Positions 59,134-64,000 of a stretch of DNA of 64,000 nt are shown piece after piece (position 1 is the stretch's first letter; the number at the start of each line of letters is the position of its first letter). The notes under the pieces are model-generated. The model was not told the DNA's origin, did no database searches, and saw nothing but the letters and a program-made list of their open reading frames with translations. Origin of the DNA: Chlamydiales bacterium (GTDB taxonomy: Bacteria; Chlamydiota; Chlamydiia; Chlamydiales; SM23-39). The stretch lies in NCBI GenBank assembly GCA_035480535.1, contig DATIHQ010000072.1, positions 3,417-67,416 on the forward strand. Reading direction: 5' to 3'. A program made the translations under genes and the position numbers.

Positions 59134-60294
59134 ATGAGGGCAATGAATAAACTCTTTCTTGCGATTGCAATTCTTTTTTTGAGCTTTGCGAAAGGGGCTC
59201 CCGCGCAGACGCTCGTGATCGTCGGCGTAAATGGCGATCTCTCGCGTGGGAAGCTATTGCCCGCAATCGAGCAATTGGAAAAAAGGGGAGAGCTGCCCGA
59301 AAATTTCCAGCTGATTGGAATGGGGAGAAAGGAACAGTTTCAACATCAGGCGCTCTCCCAATATATCCCGATTGCGCAAATCGATCGTTTGAAAGAGATA
59401 AAGGGAGATATTGTTTACTATCTCGCCACTCCAGCCGATACATTTGCCCCCACAATTGATCTCCTCTCTGAAAAAGGATTGATTGCCGATCACACCCGCA
59501 TCGTCATTGAGAAGCCATTTGGCACCGATACAGCATCGGCCGAGACGCTCCAGAGTGAAATCACGCATCACTTAAAAGAAAAACAGATTTACCGCATCGA
59601 CCACTATCTAGGGAAAGAGGTGGTGCAGCAGATCATCCCTTTCCGCCAGAGTCATCCCGAGATCGAAAAGTTATTGAATCGAGAAGAGGTGGAAAAGGTC
59701 ACCCTCACCATTAGCGAAGACATTGGCATTGGCTCACGGGGACCGTTTTGGGAAAAAACGGGGATGCTCCGCGATGTGGTGCAGAACCATATCATGCAGG
59801 TGATGACGCTCATCGGTATGGAAATGCCCGCCTCTCCCGCTGAAAAGGTGCGCTTCCTCAACGCCGTTCGCATCGAAGAGATGCAAAAAGGGCAATACAT
59901 CGGCTATCGAGAAGAAAAGGGAGTCGATCCCAACTCCCACGTGGAGACCTATGTGGCGGCCAAGCTCTTTGTCGACAATGAACGCTGGAAAGGCGTTCCC
60001 TTCCACATCGAAGCAGGGAAAAAACTCAAAAGCCGCTTCGCGGAAGTCACCATCACTTTCAAGACCCAAGATCCATTGATCTTCCGCATCCAGCCCAATC
60101 CCCAAATTTCTTGGGGAGAACAACATTTCTTGCCCGAGCAAACATCTACCCCCGAAGCCTACGAGCGGCTTCTTCTCGATGCGCTGCACGGCGACCCCTC
60201 CCATTTTGTCAGCCAAGAAGAACTCATGGCCTCATGGAATCTTTGGACCCCCCTCCTCCCTTACTGGGATGAATTAACTCCACAAGAATATTAA
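59134..60294 (+). CDS. zwf: Compact glucose-6-phosphate dehydrogenase-like protein with N-terminal signal/anchor-like segment
   Basis: GVNGDLSRGKLLPAI (dinucleotide-binding), EKPFG, RIDHYLGKE and DVVQNHIMQ motifs. It is only 386 aa and begins MRAMNKLFLAIAILFLSFAKGAPAQ. Confidence 0.75.
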   Translation: MRAMNKLFLAIAILFLSFAKGAPAQTLVIVGVNGDLSRGKLLPAIEQLEKRGELPENFQLIGMGRKEQFQHQALSQYIPIAQIDRLKEIKGDIVYYLATPADTFAPTIDLLSEKGLIADHTRIVIEKPFGTDTASAETLQSEITHHLKEKQIYRIDHYLGKEVVQQIIPFRQSHPEIEKLLNREEVEKVTLTISEDIGIGSRGPFWEKTGMLRDVVQNHIMQVMTLIGMEMPASPAEKVRFLNAVRIEEMQKGQYIGYREEKGVDPNSHVETYVAAKLFVDNERWKGVPFHIEAGKKLKSRFAEVTITFKTQDPLIFRIQPNPQISWGEQHFLPEQTSTPEAYERLLLDALHGDPSHFVSQEELMASWNLWTPLLPYWDELTPQEY

Positions 60295-60297
60295 CAT

Positions 60298-60657
60298 ATG
60301 ACTTCTTCTGTCGGTCCCAGCTCTTTAGACATTTTGGCCACTGTAGCAGCGGTTTCAAAACGGGAGAGGCAAGAGAAGTTCAAGGACAATCGGAAGATTG
60401 CATATCAGATAGCTAAAAAGATTTTTGAAACATTTCCCGACATTGCAGAAATTTCTTCGCCCGCGCTGAAAGATTTAGCTTCCTATGAGGGGCCTATAAA
60501 CGACCTTGTCAATCAGTATACGCAGGGCATGACCGATAAAAAACGGTTATCTCGGATATTCGTAAATTTAACGCGTGTAGTGAACAATCGTATCTATATA
60601 CTGAGAAGAGATCGGTATCACCAACTTTCTACGAATAGGTCTTCAACTTCTGATTGA
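60298..60657 (+). CDS. Hypothetical protein
   Basis: 119-aa ORF with no recognisable domain and no clear ribosome-binding site. Its 3' end overlaps the convergent valS by 29 nt. Confidence 0.35.
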   Translation: MTSSVGPSSLDILATVAAVSKRERQEKFKDNRKIAYQIAKKIFETFPDIAEISSPALKDLASYEGPINDLVNQYTQGMTDKKRLSRIFVNLTRVVNNRIYILRRDRYHQLSTNRSSTSD

Positions 60658-63460
60658 TTTCGGCGAGTTGTTTTTCCGTTTGCGATAGAGCCGTTTCTAA
60701 TTTTTCCACGATTTCTCTTGGCGCGCGGGAACGGAACTCTTGGTTGGCGAGTTTTGTTTGCGTAGATTCGCGCAGCTTTTCTAACTTCTCTTGTTCTTTT
60801 TGGAGGCGAGTTTTTTCTTTGGAGAGGAGGGAGTCGGGGATGGGGATCATGAGCTTGATGGGGCCGACGAGGACACTTGCGCCAAAGGTTGTGGGTTCGT
60901 GGGTGGCGAAGGTGACTTTCGATGTGGGGGTGAGGGCGGTGAGGATGGCGGAGTGGGCTTGGACTGTTTTCCATTCGGGAGAATGGGGGAGGCTGTAGAG
61001 GAGGAGTTCGGTTTTTTCGGAGGGGGGGAGTTGCATCTCGGCTCGAATATTTCGGATGGCATGGACCATTTCGGTCATGAAGGCGAAGGTTTTTTCGATT
61101 TCGGGATCGATGTGTTGCTCTGAAATGAGTTGGGGATAGGGAGCGACGATGCAGGCGGGAGAGAGGAGCGCTGTGAGGGTTTCTCGGGTGTAGGGGTCGC
61201 AACTTTCGGGGATTTTAAGATCGGGGAGTTGGGCGCGCAGCAGCGAGAAAATTTCCTCGGTGATGAAAGGAGAGATGGGGTGCATGAGGCGGATCGAGTT
61301 GCAGAGGAGAATGAGGAGGAGCTTTTGCTTGTTGGCTCTTTGGGCGGGACTGCCCACTTTGCCAAAGAGAACGGGTTTGGCCAGCTCTACGTAAGTGGCG
61401 CAAAAGTCATTCCAGAAAAAGTCATAGGCGCGGGTGGCGGCGCGATCAAAGGTATACTCAGTGAGGTTGCGGTTGATTTCTTGGGTGGTGCGGTTGAGGA
61501 GAGAGAGAATCCAGCGATCTTCAAGGGTGAGGAGATCGAAATCGAGCCCCTCATCGAGGTTGATTCCCTCGAGGTTCATAAAGACAAAGCGGGAGCCATT
61601 CCAAACTTTATTGGCGAAATTCTTATATTCTTCAAAGCGGCGCCGGTCGAGATCGATTTGCCGCGCCTGAGTGACGCTGGAGCAAAGGGCGAGGCGCATG
61701 GCGTCTGTGCCATACTCATCGATGATCTCCAGCGGGTCGATGACGTTTCCTTTGCTTTTCGACATCTTTTCCCACTTTGACTCCACATCGGGAGGCGGGG
61801 AAGCGCCCAGATCATATTTTTTCTTCTCTTCGGGACTTAGGTAAACGATCGAACCTTCGGGAGTTTTGCGCCAGTAAGATTTTCCATAGATGAGTCCATG
61901 GAGAAATGTCTCGTGGAAGGGGACCTGATGCTCGATATATTCTCCCATGAGGATCATCCGCGCCACCCAGAAAAAGAGGATGTCATGCCCAGTGATGAGG
62001 GTGGAAATGGGATAGAATTTCTTTAGCTCAGCGGTTTTCTCTGGCCATCCGAGTGTGCTCAAGGGCCAAAGAGCGGAGGAAAACCAGGTATCGAGAACAT
62101 CGGGATCTTGCTCCCACGCATCGGGATCTTTTTTGACTTCAGGAGGAACATCTTCTCCTGCGTAGCAGAGCATTTGCTTGCGATTGTGTTTATTGTACCA
62201 AATGGGAATGCGGTGCCCCCACCAAATTTGGCGAGAAATGCACCAGTCGCGCAAATGTTCAATCCAATGATAATAGGTTTGCTCCCAATAAGAAGGGATC
62301 AGTTTCACCCGCTGATTCTTGACGGCGGAGATGAGTTTCTCCTTGAAGTGGCTCATTTTGACAAACCACTGCTTGGAAAGATAGGGCTGCACAATAGCTT
62401 TCGAGCGGTAAGATAGACCAATGCGCAGTTTGTGGGGCTCTTCTTTCACTAAGAAGCCCTGTTTCTTTAGATCGCGAAGAACAGCGGCGCGCGCCTCTTC
62501 CATCGAAAGGCCTGCATAGCCATTTCCTTTCTCATTGATCTTCCCATCCGGCGTCATGATATTTAGGAAGGGGAGATGATGGCGCAGACCTACTTCTGAA
62601 TCAGTGAAATCATGCGCGGGGGTGATTTTCACGGCGCCTGAGCCAAAAGCGGGATCGACGAAAGAGTCGGCGATGATGGGAATGAGCCGCTCTGTCAAGG
62701 GCAAGCGGATTTTCTCTCCGATCAAGTGTTGATAGCGGGCGTCATCGGGGTGTACGGCAACGGCTGTATCGCCCAGCATTGTTTCGGGGCGCGTCGTCGC
62801 GATCGTCAGCTGCCCTTTTCCATTTGCAAGAGGGTAGCGAATGTGCCAAAGAGAGGAATCGCGCTCTTCATGTTCCACTTCATCGTCGGAGAGAGCCGTT
62901 TGCGTGACAGGATCCCAATTGACGAGGTAATCGCCCTGGTAGATGAGGCCATCGTCGAACATTTTTTTAAAGGCGGTGCGCACGGCGCGGTTTCTCTCTT
63001 CGTCCATCGTAAAGCGGAGGCGGGACCAATCGCAGGAGCAGCCCAATTTTTTCAATTGGCTGATGATGTGCTTTTCGCTCGTCTCTTTCCACTTCCAGAT
63101 TTCATCGATAAATTCTTCGCGGCCAAACTCTTTGCGCCGCTTGCCTGTCTTGGCGAGGAGATGCCGTTCAACGACTGTTTGGGTGGCAATTCCGGCGTGA
63201 TCGGTTCCGGGGATCCAAAGCGTTTCGAAGCCGAGCATCCGCTTCCAGCGGATCAAAATATCTTGCAGAGTGTCGACAAGGGCATGGCCGGTGTGAAGCA
63301 CGCCGGTGACATTGGGGGGAGGGATCACGATGCAATAGGGAGGCTTTTTTGAATGGGCATCGGCGCGGAAATAGCCCCCCTTTTCCCAAAAGGAGTACCA
63401 CTTCTCTTCGACAAGTTTCGGATCGTAAGCTTTCGGTAACGTGCTCATATTTTTAGGCAA
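60629..63460 (-). CDS. valS: Valine--tRNA ligase
   Basis: 943 aa with PPPNVTGVLHTGHAL (HIGH region), KMSKSKGN, and a C-terminal coiled coil. Confidence 0.97.
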   Translation of the reverse strand: MPKNMSTLPKAYDPKLVEEKWYSFWEKGGYFRADAHSKKPPYCIVIPPPNVTGVLHTGHALVDTLQDILIRWKRMLGFETLWIPGTDHAGIATQTVVERHLLAKTGKRRKEFGREEFIDEIWKWKETSEKHIISQLKKLGCSCDWSRLRFTMDEERNRAVRTAFKKMFDDGLIYQGDYLVNWDPVTQTALSDDEVEHEERDSSLWHIRYPLANGKGQLTIATTRPETMLGDTAVAVHPDDARYQHLIGEKIRLPLTERLIPIIADSFVDPAFGSGAVKITPAHDFTDSEVGLRHHLPFLNIMTPDGKINEKGNGYAGLSMEEARAAVLRDLKKQGFLVKEEPHKLRIGLSYRSKAIVQPYLSKQWFVKMSHFKEKLISAVKNQRVKLIPSYWEQTYYHWIEHLRDWCISRQIWWGHRIPIWYNKHNRKQMLCYAGEDVPPEVKKDPDAWEQDPDVLDTWFSSALWPLSTLGWPEKTAELKKFYPISTLITGHDILFFWVARMILMGEYIEHQVPFHETFLHGLIYGKSYWRKTPEGSIVYLSPEEKKKYDLGASPPPDVESKWEKMSKSKGNVIDPLEIIDEYGTDAMRLALCSSVTQARQIDLDRRRFEEYKNFANKVWNGSRFVFMNLEGINLDEGLDFDLLTLEDRWILSLLNRTTQEINRNLTEYTFDRAATRAYDFFWNDFCATYVELAKPVLFGKVGSPAQRANKQKLLLILLCNSIRLMHPISPFITEEIFSLLRAQLPDLKIPESCDPYTRETLTALLSPACIVAPYPQLISEQHIDPEIEKTFAFMTEMVHAIRNIRAEMQLPPSEKTELLLYSLPHSPEWKTVQAHSAILTALTPTSKVTFATHEPTTFGASVLVGPIKLMIPIPDSLLSKEKTRLQKEQEKLEKLRESTQTKLANQEFRSRAPREIVEKLETALSQTEKQLAEINQKLKTYS

Positions 63461-63465
63461 CCAGT

Positions 63466-63999
63466 TTAGCAGAAGTGGTCTTTATACCAAAGGGCGGCGC
63501 ACAGAACGGCGTCGACGTTGGTGCCGGCGCGGATGGCTTTGCGCAGCTCGGCATCGGTTTTTACTTCTGTCTCAATGAACTCGAGGGGATCGAGGTTTTG
63601 CGCCGCTTTTTTAACGGCATTTTTCGCCCAAAGAAAATAAATTTTTTGATCGCAAACGGCGGGGAAGGGATAGCAACAGCCAATGAGGACAATGTCATCA
63701 GACCAATAGCCCGTCTCCTCAAAGAGTTCCCTCTGGCCGCCTGGGATTGGGTCTTCATTTGGCTCAAGGCGCCCTCCGGGGCAGCCCAAGACAACTTCTT
63801 TTGTGGGATGGCGGTATTCGCGATTGAGGATCCAGCGTCCTTGGGAGTCTTGGGCAAGGACGGCTGCCGCATTAGTGGAGAGTACAAGGCTAGTATAGGA
63901 AAGAGTTTGTCCATTGGGATGTTGGAGCAGATCTTCTCGAAGATCGAAGAATCCGCGGTATACCAATTGACTAGAGAGAATTTTAGGGCGTGTCGTCAT
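63466..63999 (-). CDS. NUDIX hydrolase (ADP-ribose pyrophosphatase-like)
   Basis: Nudix box GGRLEPNEDPIPGGQRELFEETGY. The ATG lies 1 nt from the right window edge. Confidence 0.85.
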   Translation of the reverse strand: MTTRPKILSSQLVYRGFFDLREDLLQHPNGQTLSYTSLVLSTNAAAVLAQDSQGRWILNREYRHPTKEVVLGCPGGRLEPNEDPIPGGQRELFEETGYWSDDIVLIGCCYPFPAVCDQKIYFLWAKNAVKKAAQNLDPLEFIETEVKTDAELRKAIRAGTNVDAVLCAALWYKDHFC

Positions 64000-64000
64000 T

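Noticed and set aside
60618-61202. 194-aa Pro/Arg/His-rich ORF plus other ORFs (60654..60998, 60791..61123, 60847..61062) over the valS 3' end
   Set aside because: They sit in alternative frames of the clearly coding ValRS C-terminal coiled-coil region. Their extreme low-complexity composition is a frame artefact of the purine-rich sequence.
62726-63352. 208-aa ORF antisense to valS
   Set aside because: It is a shadow ORF within valS.

Overview
The window is a gene-dense chromosomal segment with almost no non-coding DNA, about 45-50% GC by eye. By inference only, it best fits a chlamydia-like organism (phylum Chlamydiota). Four things point that way. First, the core block infA / tRNA-Thr / tuf / tRNA-Trp / secE / nusG / rplKAJL / rpoBC followed by transaldolase. 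Second, a V-type ATPase operon in the chlamydial order atpE-DUF2764-atpA-atpB-atpD-atpI-atpK. Third, a DUF1207-like protein. Fourth, Inc-like proteins with bilobed hydrophobic segments. Other housekeeping genes are acs, valS, upp, a class I DAHP synthase, sufE, HIT, MYG1, PEBP, an M24 peptidase, two tandem AGCS symporters, an OprB-type porin, NUDIX hydrolases and a compact G6PD-like gene.

Between these sit accessory genes with eukaryote-type domains that are candidate secreted effectors: a CMGC/DYRK-like Ser/Thr kinase abutting a tRNA(CAT), a classical Cys-X5-Arg tyrosine phosphatase, a MYND zinc-finger protein and a GT10 fucosyltransferase. There is also a Cache-HAMP class III cyclase, a coupled operon of one Inc-like protein plus two paralogous membrane-hairpin alpha/beta hydrolases, and a PEBP + giant LOG/PpnN-like pair.

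The most unusual non-coding signal is a family of long structured palindromic repeats with four copies. Two of them lie inside the rpoB-rpoC and atpB-atpD spacers. A 42-nt duplication of the tRNA-Trp 3' half brackets a 50-bp insert that shares a 10-mer with one of those repeats. I found no rRNA, CRISPR array, transposase or integrase. All domain calls come from motif recognition by eye and need HMM or BLAST confirmation.
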